Shown one piece after another: positions 37,866-51,934 of a stretch of DNA of 64,000 nt. Source of the DNA: Paragordius varius (Eukaryota; Animalia; Nematomorpha); NCBI GenBank assembly GCA_964247055.1, contig OZ176052.1, positions 12,462,001 through 12,526,000 of the forward strand, given 5' to 3'. Made by a program: the position numbers and the translations under genes. The first letter of the stretch is position 1, and every line of letters starts with the position of its first letter. The notes under the pieces are model-generated. The model was not told the DNA's origin, did not search any database, and saw only the letters and a program-made list of their open reading frames with translations.

Positions 37866-40788
37866 TTAGGAATTTGTAATTGGTGAGACCGAATGTATCG
37901 GTTGACTTAGACATTGAGATATTGTTTTGAGTGGTTTTGCAAAAGATCCGCCACGATTAATTGAAGTACTTTCATTTAATGTTGATTCCGATGATACATT
38001 GGAACATGAACTAAGGGAAGTATTCATGGATGTTTGATAGGATTCGGGCATATTAACTCTTTGAATTTCTTGGGCTTTTAAAGGAGGTTTTTGGAAAGAG
38101 TTTCTCGGTGTAATAGTTATGAGTCTGCTACTTTTCGCTTGTTGTTTCACACATTTTTTTACCAAAATGATAACTGTGAAGAGCGAGCACAGAAAAACTA
38201 AGACATGTACCAGGGATATTAAAACAAATGGAATGAATGAAATACAAATTTTTTTGGAGGCTAATTGGTTTTGTTCGCTTAAATTATCTGGGGCGTTTAT
38301 CATTTGTAATTTCTTTTCATTATTTTGCAATTTATAGGTTATGGGTCGTTCATCATGTCCATAAAAAGTAAAATTATCATTCTCAAACGTAGAATCTGGA
38401 TTGAATAATTTTTCTGAATCACCTATGTAAAATATAAATTAAAGGTAATTTTTCGATTTTGATACATTTTTCTGTAAATATAAATAGGAAAATTATAACT
38501 TTCTAAGACTTCTGATTCTGGGGTCGGGAAAACGACACTGACACTTTGATATGTTTTGACATCAAAACCCTTATCAAATGCATCTGTAAAGTTACTTGAG
38601 TTAATGTATAGAGAATGCCTTTTCACACGAGCATGTTCGCGGGCATCTCGAATAATCCAACATTTTTCCTAAACACCATTTAATTTAGAATATCAAATTA
38701 AATAACCACTTAAAATACCCAAAACAGAGTTATGGTTACTCAATTATTTTTTGAACAAATTACCCCTATGCTTTGGTCAAAAATATAAAATGGAGATAAT
38801 AAGGGAGAGATATTCCAAAAATATATACTACCTTTTTTAATCAATGAGGTATATTATTTTACCGCTAAGATTATAATATTTAAAATAAATTGGCGGGTTG
38901 TCTATTTTATTTTGGTTCATGAATCATGATGTATAATTTACTTTAGGGCATTTTTGAAAGCATAGTTTGACGTAACATTCAATGTAAACGTTTTCCACGT
39001 CAGGAAATTTGAAGACTTTAAAGTGAGCGTATGTTATCATTTCTTGAGATTTTAATTTGTCGAATTGTTGGGGACCAACTAATTTTCTGTGCACGGGACA
39101 CCTAAATGACATTATAAGGAAATCCATATAAAAATTTAAAAAATCCTGACATGTCAACATAAAAATTAAAAATACGCCATAAAATATTTACCCCAAATCG
39201 TTTAGCAGTATAACTTGGCTTTTCCCACTACCATCATGGGCTGAACATTGAAATGCGAAAAAATCAAATCGATCTAAATTATATGGAAAAATTTGGTTTT
39301 ATATTAGCTTGCGATAACAATTTTTTTGTAAAAACATTTTAAATTAGGAATGAATAAACTTGATTGCTTTTCCATTATAATAACCATTGTTCCGATTTCT
39401 CCAATAGTTAAGTATGGTGCTGGTGGGGCTGAGGGATCTTTGCCTGATACAAGTTTCATCCAAATATCAGGCATCTCAAATTTATAATCAATTGCTTTGG
39501 AGATTAGCATCCTTATGTAAAGATAAATTTATGTTTTGTTAATTAAATTATTGGTAGTTATACAAGCTATTAAACATGGATCAAAAAATTAATTAGTTAA
39601 AATATATTTTCAAGGCTTAATTTTGATATCAAAATCTAAAATCTGCACAAATGGATTTATATCATACATGTAATATACATGCATAGATTGACTGATTTTT
39701 TACTGTAATCAGACTTATCAGTATAAATGCAGTTTGACTGTTAATTTTTTTGTAATAATCGGTTTAAACTATAAGCTTCCATATTGTACATATATGATAT
39801 ACTTACGGCACTGTGACACTCGAACTGACTTTCTTGATTTTGTCATCCAATTCGCATCTCAAGTCAAACGATCTATCATAACTTTCCAGGATTCCCAAAT
39901 ATGTCTCATACATGATTATGACTGTGTTTTGATACCATACTTTGCTGTTTCCATAGCTACCCTGCCGAAAATCAAAAATACAGGATAAAAAACCATAATG
40001 CTTCGATATAAATATTATACTATTTTAAACTAATAAATGCCATCATTGGTTACATCAGGAAATTTTTTGTTAATTATCTTAAAACCGTTAATTCTGATAT
40101 TTATAATACCAATAAAAATATCGAAATTTGTAAATAATAGTTTTATGTAATTGGACCAACTTGGCTCCGTATGGTGGTGCCACATCCATCCAACGGAAAC
40201 TCAAAAGTCAAATGATTAACCCCATCGCCCAGTGCTTTGCATTCACTAATTTGATAATAGCCTTTGGTGTAAGTGTATCCATTGAATCCTTCATTGAAAC
40301 GAAACTCCACTTTCATTGTGTTTCGGTACAAATCACAATGTACAACTGCATCTGTAACCATAAAATATGTAATAAAACTAAAATTGAAATACATTTTTTT
40401 TAAATTACAAATGTTAATATAATTTAGTAGGGTGTATCCAATTAACATATCTGTTCCTTATTTGCAACCCATATCGATAAGTTTATAAAATAATAACTTT
40501 TTAGTTTTTACTTGATGTTATATCTTTAATTTTGACTAATTATATTCTTGGTTTTTATTTTTTAATTTGAGAATTAAATAAAACTATTTTTGTTCCGTTA
40601 CCGACAATTTTGTTTTGTGGCTCCTCTTCGTCATCAGCCTTGACGTAACTCCGATAATAACTTCGAGTTGAACGCAGATTAGCGGCTTCATCAAAGCCTG
40701 CCACTTTGTAATGATTTACGATTGGAGTTTGTCTTTGGATTATTTCATAGGGTTGTGTTTCATTGTTTTGACTTTGTGCTCTCCATGA
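37866..40788 (-). CDS. Zona pellucida-domain (cuticlin/Dusky-like) single-pass membrane protein; exons 40602-40788, 40161-40351, 39807-39961, 39360-39511, 39192-39273, 38942-39101, 38500-38668, 37866-38422; signal-peptide exon not located
   Basis: ZP-N: VHCD...FNG..YTKG...C...CGT...FDLRC. ZP-C: CSAHDG...GCP...FKVFKFPD...VYIECYVKLCFQKC. Furin site RVKR, a TM helix and a Ser-rich tail follow. Seven introns (250, 199, 295, 86, 90, 273, 77 nt) keep the frame. Confidence 0.9.
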
Positions 40789-43700
40789 CTTAAATTGAAT
40801 ATCATTACGATATATATATGTAAAATGTTTATGAATGTTATATTAGATAATTAAGGGGTTACGAAGATTAAAATTGTTTCTTGAAAAAGGCTATCATAGT
40901 GACAAAACATTTCAGATATTATAACATTTACTTATTCCCTTTCTTAAAATCAATTAAAACTGTTTAATGATTGAATTCCGTTAAAGCTAAAATATGTATA
41001 AATTTGGGACATAGTATTTGTATTGCAACTTAAAATATATACCTTTATACATAGGTAAAAAAGCAGAATAATTTCCCAATTAACTTTCATAGTGCTATAA
41101 ATTATAGAATATGGAGCTTTTTTGCAGATCGCAGAATCATTTTAAAGTATTAATAAAAATAATGATTTCGGATAATGAGTTATATAATTATTATTGAAGG
41201 ATAAAATGTTTATCATAGAAGAAATTTTGAGGAGAATCCTTCCAAAATTGGCAATTAGGTGTGCATGGAATTACTAAAAATAAAAATAATAATAATTATC
41301 CTTTATTTTATAAGCATAAAATTGTCAAATTAAAAGGTAATGATTGTAATAAAAATGTATATATAATTAAAAATTTAATTCAATTTAATGGTTTCAAAAT
41401 AAACTCTTCCTTTCAAATCCTTCATAAATTGCTTGAAAAGAAATCTATTTAGGTGTTAGAAATGACAACTACATTTCAAAATATATATATATGTATATTC
41501 TTGTTAAAAGAATCCAAAATTAATAAATTAATAAGTAATAATGGATATTCTCACAATATATATATATATATATATATAATAAATTAGTAATGGTAAGTTG
41601 AGCCCAAAATCAAAGAAGCTAATTTGTTGCGCAAACATATATCTGTTATTAAGATATTTCCGACATCTTTTGGACATATATAAAACATGCTTTGACACAT
41701 TATTTCACACATATATATAGAATGGATAAAATTATTTGTTTAGAGACCTTATGTTTTTAAGTAAATAACCCCATTTATTATATAGCGTATAGAAAAATTA
41801 GATTGTAATAATACTAACCTCCGTAAAATGATTAATGATGATTACTAGATACTAGAACACTTCAACATCAGAATTTCCCATAAAAACATTTTTTTCTATT
41901 TCAATATTATTAAAGGGATACTTAGAGTCGGGTCAATGATAATTACAGATATACAGATATATAAGTTTTAAATATTTTAATAAAATCATTAGATATAATA
42001 TTAGAAAGATATTCCGATCAAAATGTAATTTTGAATGCCCAATCAAAAATAAATTAGAGAATGAATGAAATTTAACATAATAAATTTATGGACAACTAGC
42101 ACAAAAGCCTGGGAGTAATTACCTTTTTAAGTTGTGGTGTGTTAAAAAGTACAAGGCTTTTGACATGATTTGACCTCTGTGATTCTAATGAATGATTAGG
42201 GAAACGCATTAACAATGCAGTTATTAAGAGATTTCTTAACGTGGTGTAATCTATAATGTATATACCAATAAAATAAAATGAACCTAATAATGTTAATTTA
42301 TGATTATATGACTTTGATGCCAAAATGGTTATTTTTTGTTTGAATTATCTTTCAAAAACTTATCTTGCGTGAGACTGGATTGGCAACGATGCAGTTAAAT
42401 CTCAATAACTAATAATAAAGCTAGCAAATTATTAAATTATTAGTAAAACATTAATGTAATTATTCTTTTATTTACCATATCCTATTATAGAGTAACTTTT
42501 AAATTTGGAACACACTCTTAAAAAATTTTTCGTTAAAAACATTTTTAAATTTCTCAAATAGGCTCTGAATCTTAAAATTTAATAGTTTAAACATTTGTAA
42601 TAAATAATTATAAATAATTTGGTATCTCGATATACCATATTATGGAACAGTGTTTTTTACAATTTTAATAAAAATGCCTTATTCGAAAGTTTTGAATATC
42701 GTTTTAAAAATAGAGCCGAAACCGTTTAGTTTAGTATAACAGGAACGACCATTGGTTTTAAAAAATTGTTAAAAATATAAAAACCGCAAACTATTAATTT
42801 CAATAAATACGAATAGTGGAACTAATTTTAATAAGGGAGAGCGAAAAAATTTCGATGATAAGGAGGGTCCACTATAGTATATATATATTTATCAATAAAA
42901 CAAAATAGGATACAATACCTACTAAGAGAATTCAATGATGGATCATAGCTTTAGTAAATTTATACTAACGATGATTTTGTTTTAATTCAATTGTTTTTTC
43001 GAATATTTAAGACGATTGGTGACCAAACATAAAATATATTATAACTTAAAGAGTGTAACAATATAAATTGTCAAAAATCAAGTAATAACTAGTATCAATA
43101 ACTAACCAAAAAGATTGATATAATAAGTTATCATCAAAGTTATTTAACATAAATTATGCATTTACATATTTTCCACGTTATAAACACAACAAAGTATATC
43201 TATTTTTTATCTCTGTCCTTTGTTGTATATTATACTTTAATTAATAAGCAACAAGCAATGCTAAAAAGACTATTTGATGATACCTATACTATAAATCTAA
43301 GCAAGCACGCAACATATCTAATCAAACAACATGTTTTAAATATACATACACTGTAACATTAAATAAATGACCTAGTAAAATACTTTCCTCACTTTTTAAT
43401 TTATATATGTATGTATATCTTCTGTTTCTTTTATGACAATGATGAGTTTTTACTATTTTCTTTCTTTACGCTTACCTTTATTGGTTTAAATTAACAAATA
43501 GATGGGATGTAGTATGAAAAAAAGTTTTTTAAGATTTTGTGATTTTATTATTAAAATTTAATTTTGGGTTAAAATTGGAGTAGATTGTTATGTATTTCAA
43601 AATAAAAATTTTTAATTATTCAATTTTATCAATAACTTAACATTTTATTCAATTTTTGATGGTTAGATTTTTGTATTACACTCGATAAAAAAATATTTTA

Positions 43701-46700
43701 ATCATAATTGATAATGTTGGCCAGATAATTTTTATTTTTTTTACACTTGATTGTGATTTTCAGTTTCAACAAAACTTATTTGCGATGAAATGAAATTTAA
43801 ATTAATTGCTCACATAACATTTTATTTTTATTAGTTTAAATAAATGATAAAACTAGTAAAGAATTATCCTCTCTAAATAAACATAACCTAGATTTTTGGT
43901 TGAGCATACTGGAATGTTGTACATCATGAGAAAATTACAGAAAATTAATGAGTCACTATCACTATGTAACAAAATTACATTGACGGATATAGGATAGGCC
44001 TAACAGATTCAAATTCCAATTATCTTGGTATCAAATGTTTTAATTTGAACATTATGTAATGGTTTATATTTAAATCATTTTTATTTAATACCTTTATATA
44101 TATTTCATAATATTAGGACTAAATTTTTATTTAAGTACCGTTTTGTCAAAATAATTGGAAGATATCTGGTAAAAATTTTATTAATTTAAATTGGGCCTCA
44201 TGGTATAATCGTTGAATCATTTTCGGTGAAAACCTACAGTGCCGATAACGACAGAGATAACATAAATTTAGAGAGAGATTATGATGAATTGGATGGTTAT
44301 CAAATAAAAATCTGAATATAGAGAAACATGGATAATTTTGAAATGATATTAGCAATTCATTTTCAATCTTTTACAAGCGTATATATCTTGGAATTTTTTG
44401 TCTCAGAAATTTTGTAGTTGAAGACTAGCATTTAAATAGCTTTACAATTCAACAAAAGCTGTAAAATACAATAATCAAAATTTTATCAAAATGCAATCCA
44501 AAGAAGTTTGATATTTTATTTTTTATTTTTTTATACACTAAAAAGTATAATTATACAGACAAAACTTAAAATCTATGAAATGAAACTAATATTTATGCAA
44601 AATATTGTTTTGGGTTCTGCCAAAATAGAGATCTAATTGTAACCCTTAATTATTTTTATTCAATATTGTGTTTATATATACTTAATAACAGAGGAAAAAT
44701 GAAGGTTTTAAACGTATGGTTGCTCTTTCTAAAAACTTTTTGTTTTTCGTTTTGTTTCAATATTTTTACTGTAATTTCATTTAAGCGTGAAAAATTATGG
44801 ATAATCGTTTGAGGTATTATTTTAGATTCACCCTTTTTTAATAATTTTTTTAAGCACCTAAAAGACCAAATGCATTTTTTTAAATTGAGCTCCATAGCAT
44901 TGTTACATTTCAAATTATTTATTTGAGATCGCTCTTGGTAAAAACCTACCCAAAATGTAATATATATTAAAGTTGATGAAATAAAGGATCTAGAATGAAT
45001 ATATGAATAAAAGATATGTTGGCAAAACTGGTATAAAAACATCGATGAATTTAAAACTGTAAAATTTATTTATTAAAAGGGATTAAACAAGAGAAAATTT
45101 AAAAAGCATTAAAAGACAAAAATTGATAATCAGTAGTATACAAACTGAGGTGTATCCCACTTGAGGGTAAATAGATTATTAAATAAATATGAAAAAAGCA
45201 GGGGTATCTTTAATCGTTTCTATTCCGGTTTAATTTTTCCATTTTGGGAAAAAGTTTTGGTTTTATTTCATAGTCTTTTACGAAAAAATAATGGCCCTAG
45301 TTTAATTATTTAATAGTCAAATGGTTGTGATTTCGGTTCCGTGTTTTAGCCTTTTATTTTGATCCAATGTGATAAAATAAACAGATACCTGAAAATTATA
45401 TATTTTGAATAGAATTATATAATATTAAAATTTCAGATAATATATTTTATAACAGTTTTATTCAGCTTTATTGTAAATTTTATACAATCCCTTGTAAAAA
45501 TGCACACAAAATAAAAAGAAACAAAGCAAAGATATCCTGGGTAGCAAATTGACAAAAATGATATCCCGAAAGGAAGGGTAACTACTAGTATTAAAAACAA
45601 AGATTTAAATGGTTAAACCAAAAGGAAATAGGATTATCCACCCTGAAACAAGGCAAAAATGAATTCGAAGAGAATAAAATACAGCAGGGGTTAAAAGCGG
45701 GACTACCTTTGGTCACGCTCTAAGTCAATTTTATGTTTTATGTTTCAGCTCGGCTTTTGTTATTTATATATGGTTCAGGTTCTATAAAATTGCGAAGAAT
45801 AATTTGATATCAATTTTGGTTAAAATTTTGAATATTTTAATTATAGATTTTTTTATTATTTAAAAAATAGACAAAAAACATAAATATACTTGCATAAAGT
45901 TTAAGTTTATGATATTTTTCGCCAGAAAGTTAAAAATAATTTAATACTTAAAATATCCTGACGAAATGTCTTAACGGACTAAAGATAATGACAATATTAC
46001 GAAAATCTTATTTTTATGACAGTTTAACCGATTTCACGGAAACGGTTGCGGTTTATAATGGAACAATAATAGATAACCATTAATTGAGAAAACAAGAGTC
46101 CCTAAAATTCTAGATAATTATTAAGATAATTAATTAAATAGTAAAATCAAAGAAAAAATTAAGTAAATATTAATCTCGAATATCACTTTAAATAAAAATA
46201 TAGCACATATTTAAACAAAATGATATTGGAATGGGAAGCGATATTAATTTGACTTTTTGCATTATGTTTGTTATTATTTTTAGACATTCACGGAAATCTT
46301 TAGAAATGATTAATAAAATCTTTAACAGGGATGGAGGATAGAAAACATGTGAAAAGGTGATGGCTAAATCCATTTGTGAGAAGCAATTTTTCTGTTTTTG
46401 ATTTTTCTCCCTTCAGATTAAATACATTTAGTATATACACTTGTTTATTATTCCAGCTACAATTTCTTATTAGTCCAAAGAAGTAAGTTAATATAAGCCT
46501 AATGCCCTTATTCTGAAAACCCGAAGAAGAATACTAAAACATTTTTTTTATTATATTTCTGAGGAAATTTTTGGTCGATTTTCAATTAGTTTTATAAACT
46601 TAATTTAAAGCTACTTTTAGCATGGCGGATTCAATATACATTGTGTTCAAAATCGGGGATATAAAAAAATGATATATATTCTGATAAGAAAACATATCAT

Positions 46701-48164
46701 ATCATGGTGCTGGAATTGGTTCTTACGAGGGATTTAAAAAATTCTTTACGCTTTTGTGGTAAGTGGTCGATATCAGAAAATGGCAAATTTGCGTACATTT
46801 TTTATATATTTTTTGATAAAATCTAAATGATTTATTATTAAAAATATCACTAAAATATATCATAAATTACATATAAAGAATAAATTAAAATTTTTTTAAA
46901 AAAATACTTTTATGAAATATGTGCTTCTAAGGTCCCAAATTTCGATATTCTAAAATGGGATAGATCCTTAATATAATCGCAAAAATTCAGAAATTTCGCG
47001 CTTAAAATTTTAATTCCTAAATTTGGCATCACAAATATTTTTTTAAAAAAATCATACTTTTTTCAAAAATTCCTTTTTTAGCAAAATTTGTTGAAGCTCC
47101 CAATACTAGTTTCAGGCATGATAAAAATGGTTACAAAACGCTTCAAGATAAACTACTTTTTCTATATACGATGATGCTGAACACCTCAATTACCTTTGTT
47201 TGCTAAAATCGTTCGTCTTTATATTTATGTTGAATTTATGATTTTTTTTACCAAAACTTAGCAAAATTTTAAAATAAAACAACCTTTAAATTTATATTCC
47301 AAGGAGATAGAAAAGTATTGCATCATCCAATTATATAAAAAAGTGTTAATATCCATATACCGTTTCCATGCCTAAAGAAATGGTTCATCAACGTTTCGTA
47401 TTTTTTTTAAAAAAGTATGCATTTTTTAAAATTTTAGTTGATTTCAAAAAGCTTATATTTTAAATTCTGATCGCGCAATCTCGGCATTTTTGTTTTTTTA
47501 AGAGAACTAGCCTATTTAAATGCAAAAAAATTTGGGCTTTTGGAGCACACATCTAGTAATCAAATTTTAAAAAAATTTCTTTGCTTTTTATATATATGTT
47601 ATATTATAGTGACAATTTAGGAATAAAGTGTTTAGCTTTCATCAAAAAACCTTAATTCAAAAAAACGCAATTTTTTTCTGAAATGGAGCACTTACAAATT
47701 AATTATTGCTTATATCTCTCGTATGGGCTAAAATTAAAAGCACTATGATAATCATATTCAGAATATATATATATATAATTTCATCAGATTATATTTTCTG
47801 CACACTGTGTATAATAGTGTTTTACAATTACTACAAAGTTAGAAATGTATCTCTACATATCTATGTAATAAAGTTTTAGGTGTTAGTAAAATTATAATAC
47901 TTTATTAAACATTTTTATATCAGGGACAAATTTGTTTACATTTTCATATTATAGACATATGAATGTGGAAAAATATTTTACATTATTTTTTTTCTAATTT
48001 CTGGCTTGGCTGATTATCAAATGTTAAGCTTCTCTAAAACAGACACCATTTTTAAAAAAATAATTAATTATATTTATCCGCCTAATACAAATATTTTGAC
48101 GTTTGTAACCCATGTGTAACCAACCACTCTTCTTGATATGCCCGTGATGATCAACTTTTAAATT

Positions 48165-49012
48165 ATGCAAGAAAAAGAGGCCTGGGTTATTATAACTAAT
48201 TCTATAAAGAAACAAATTATTAAAAAAGGTTTGGTTTAAGTGCATTAATTAAAGGCGTTGATGGAAAAAGTCCGAGAGATGGCACTAACGTTACTATTAT
48301 AATTACCAATTGCAATAACGAAAATTACATCGACATTTCTATAGAAAAACCTTTCGATTATTGTATCGGTTTCGAATCCTCAGATTTTGAATTAATTTTG
48401 AGTCAATGTTTGGAAAGTATGAAAAAGAATGAAGAGTCGAAATTTCAAATTTCTTTAAGAGATAATAGGGAGCCCCTTCTTTTTAACATTTATTTGCAAG
48501 ATTATTCCCCAACTCCAGATGTTTGGGAGATGTCAGTTTCTGAAAAAATAGCCATGGCAAAAACACATAAGGAATTTGGCTCAAAGTTGTTCCAAAATCA
48601 AAACTTAACTAAAGCATTAAATCAATACAGTTTATCGATTAAATATCTTTTGAGTATTGAATCAGATATGGAGGGGGCTGATGCTAGCACAATTAGCCAA
48701 GCAAACCAATTAAAAGCTCAATGCTATTTAAACGTTGCAGCATGCCAATTAGCAAATGATAATACTCTCAAATATGTAGTTCAAAATTGTGGAAAATGTC
48801 TTGAACTAGAACCCAACAATACAAAAGCTTTGTATCGGCGAGCTTTGGCCCAAATTCGCCTTCAAAACTATGAAGAAGCCGCTGATGATATAGAGAAAGC
48901 GCTTCATATCGAACCAAACAATAAGGCTCTACAGGATTTATCACATCAATGTCACGTAAAACAAAAAGAAATGGATCACATATTGGCACAAAATTTGAGC
49001 AAAATTATTTAG
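48165..49012 (+). CDS. FKBP-like domain plus TPR protein (FKBPL/immunophilin-type co-chaperone); exons 48165-48228 and 48255-49012
   Basis: A 26-nt phase-1 intron extends ORF 48398 upstream to MQEKEAW...KQIIKKGVDG...CLESMKKNEES. Three TPR-like units (KEFGSKLF...ALNQY; CYLNVAACQL; NNTKALYRRALAQI...ALHIEPNNK). Specific orthology not certain. Confidence 0.85.
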
Positions 49013-49174
49013 TCTTTCATTTGTAAATGTTGGTTATGTGTGGATAAATATTGTCCACGGAAACTAAATATATGCAATTCTGTAAAAATGGTATAAATAA
49101 ATGCATAAAAGTATAAATATAGTTTGATGACCAAGTTAAATAATTATTATAAAAGTAACGCACGGTATATAAAC

Positions 49175-49367
49175 CAGTGTTACTTAAACCGCAGTGTCTT
49201 TTTGTGGCCCAAAATTACTTATAAATTTTTTTATGCATTTATTTTGAGTATAAAATGTAAATGTATCAAACAGCTATGAAATTTTTATCGGTATTATATG
49301 GCGCACTGCCCTTGAGATAAGATAAATATTTTTTGCGGTTCTTTAAAATTTTTGGTGAGTACCACTG
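49175..49367 (+). mobile_element. 193-bp MITE derivative of the 30796-33088 hAT family (opposite orientation)
   Basis: CAGTGTTACTTAAACCGC...GGTGAGTACCACTG matches both ends of the large element. Flanks ATATAAAC / ATTTAAAC (7 of 8 match). Confidence 0.85.
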
Positions 49368-49569
49368 ATTTAAACAAATTTATATTAATATGACAAATGG
49401 TTAAATTGTGTTATATTTTATTTAAAATTTTTGTAGATGTTGTATTAACTGAAACATTTTTTCCACATACCTGAGAAATCACTAGTTTTGTTTTTAAGAA
49501 TATATAAAAATTAGCATAATTTTAAATTTTGTTTATATACAAGGGCGGGGTGGGCGGCAAACTCAAAAA

Positions 49570-50220
49570 AAGCCTAGTCACTGTTGGCGCATAAATAAAA
49601 ATCAAAAAAATTATAATTGAAACTGAATGCGCCTTAAAGCTTTTTGGGGATGTGCTTCAAAACGAATATGTTTAGAAAAATATTTTTACTTGGGCAGGGC
49701 TGGAGAGAGGGGCTAATTCATAATGGCTTAGATAACCTCGGCGCATTTAAAAATGTCAAAAAATTAGCACTTTTAATTATGCATGGGCCTTCACGCTTTA
49801 CAAAAATTTGCTTCACCGTCAATTATTTTAAATTCCTATTTTCTCGCTAAGTGGGGCTAAATTGAGGGGCTATTTTTCAAAAAGTCAGCCTCGGCGCAGT
49901 TATAAAACAATTAAAATTACAATATTGAATTTGCATGGACCTACACGTTTTACAACAAATTGCTCCAATATCAATTTTTTCAAAGCCCCCATTTTCATAC
50001 TAATTGGCGCTAAATTTGAAAAAAGAGCCTAGTCACTTTCGGCGCAATTTAAAGCAAAATAAATTGCGGCTAAACCGAACTAACTTTAAAAAGGCTTAGT
50101 CACTGTCCTATAAATGATTAAATATTTTTCACTTCGGAATGGGCTTATCCGTTTTCCCCAAGCGTTGCTCAAAGTTCTCTTTCATATTTAATATATCGAT
50201 TTGGCGCATTGATTAAACTC
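49570..50220. repeat. Degenerate GC-richer tandem array, unit ~140-150 bp
   Basis: Recurring CCTCGGCGCA, TGCATGG(G/A)CCT, CACG(C/T)TTTACAA and GCCTAGTCACT blocks at ~49572, 49736, 49889, 50029 and 50094. Confidence 0.55.
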
Positions 50221-51934
50221 AAAATTAAAATGAGGATCGTTTGAATGAAGCTGTATAAGTTGATTTTGATTATTACTCTCCTTATGCCATTCGGAAAAAA
50301 ATCCTTGCGAATTATATGTTTCAGAATGTAAAAATTATATTCATTTGCTTAAATTCATTAATTATTCCATTCACAATTCGTACATTTGCAATGATATTTT
50401 GAGATGAATTTGCGATGCACTGTTTTGGTCAATTCCATACTTTCTCCATTTAAATTAACCAACTTCATCCAGGATTTTTACCCAAATTTTTTTTCAATCA
50501 TTTTTACAATTTTATTTTACTGTGATGATACCGTTGAAATATATTGCAATAATTTTAGTGCTTTTATATTTTATTGGAGATATAGAGCCTTTCATCAAAT
50601 TTAAAAAGGTTTTTATACACTTTTGTAGTAAATGGTTTATATCGCAAAATTTACGCATATTTTTTTATAATAAATTTTTTTGCTAAACACTTCATCCTAA
50701 AAATATCACTTAAATACCATAATTACATCTAAAAAGAGACAATATTTTTTAGTAAATTAAACATCAGATGTGGGCTTCCGAAGTCTTAAATTTTTAAACC
50801 TTTTAATGGACATGTTATAAAAAAGGCGAAATTGCCGAAATTGCGGCTATAAAATTCTAAATATATGCTAAATTTACATATCCTCTATTTTGTAGCCACA
50901 ACCAGATGCATGATAATCCTGATAATATATTTTTATTATTATATTTTTGATACTTCTTGGTTTTCGACTCAGACCGATTTTTAACGCGTGATATACATTT
51001 ATTTGTCTGTTGCATTAGCAAATGAAAAGAATCCAAAAATGGCTGCGAAGTTTGAGATGATTTTACAATTTTATTTTTTCAAATCACGCGACCTAAAGAA
51101 AGCATTCGAATTCATTTTTGAGATATCTAAAAGGTTATAAAGTGTATTTATTCAATCCTCTAACTACAATTAACACTTCGATTCAAATTGGGGTATCTAA
51201 ATACCACATATCATTTTCAAGTTGAAATTTTTAAAAAAACTACTAGAAGAAACCGTTCTAAATTAAATTTGTGCTTCTATCCTAATAAAAATTATTAAAA
51301 AAGCCTAATTAAATTTAGTTTTGAAAAAAAAGTTTAATATCACACTACATCGCCGTCATTTCTATTTTACGATGTTTTTGAAAAATATCGTGTTTATTAG
51401 ATTTTAAAGCTAATATGAAAGCTAATATTTTATTATCACATCTAACTTTGATAGAAACAGAAAAAGTGGTTTGTATTATTTAAATTTAACTAATGTACAC
51501 ATGCTGACTAAATTTTTAGATTACGGTTTTACCTAAAAATAATTAATATCAAGTATTTTTAATGAAATTTATTATATATTTCGGTTTAATGTTGTAATGG
51601 CATCGTTTTGATTCATTCCATATTTTTTCATTTATCTAATTATAAACAGGCCTAGGGTACTAACCCCAATTTGAATCAAAGGCCTGAAATGAATGTGTTG
51701 TATCCAAGTGTTAAAAGAAGATATGTTTTTATGAGCTCAAAGATTCTTCTATTTTAAATGTCAATTTTTCGGAGATTATATATTATCCAGTTAGCTATAA
51801 AAACAAATTTTAGGTAATTAGTATATATCTTTTTATTCAAGTTTTTTCCAAATTTTATGAAAAATAAAAATGATTTCATCCGTGGAAACATAATAAGCAA
51901 AATAACATTGCATGATGTTTTTATATTAGGTTGA

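Noticed and set aside
44930-45120. Possible Penelope GIY-YIG remnant (NVIY, YVGKTG, FKKH on the plus strand)
   Set aside because: The motifs are short, in different frames and surrounded by stops. No RT domain was recognised, so chance cannot be excluded without a profile search.
42060-46560. Several coding-like fragments (ORFs 42096, 44146, 44656, 46188; a possible 26-nt intron at 46431-46456)
   Set aside because: I could not join them into a consistent spliced frame on either strand or recognise a domain. A gene may still be hidden here; RNA-seq is needed.
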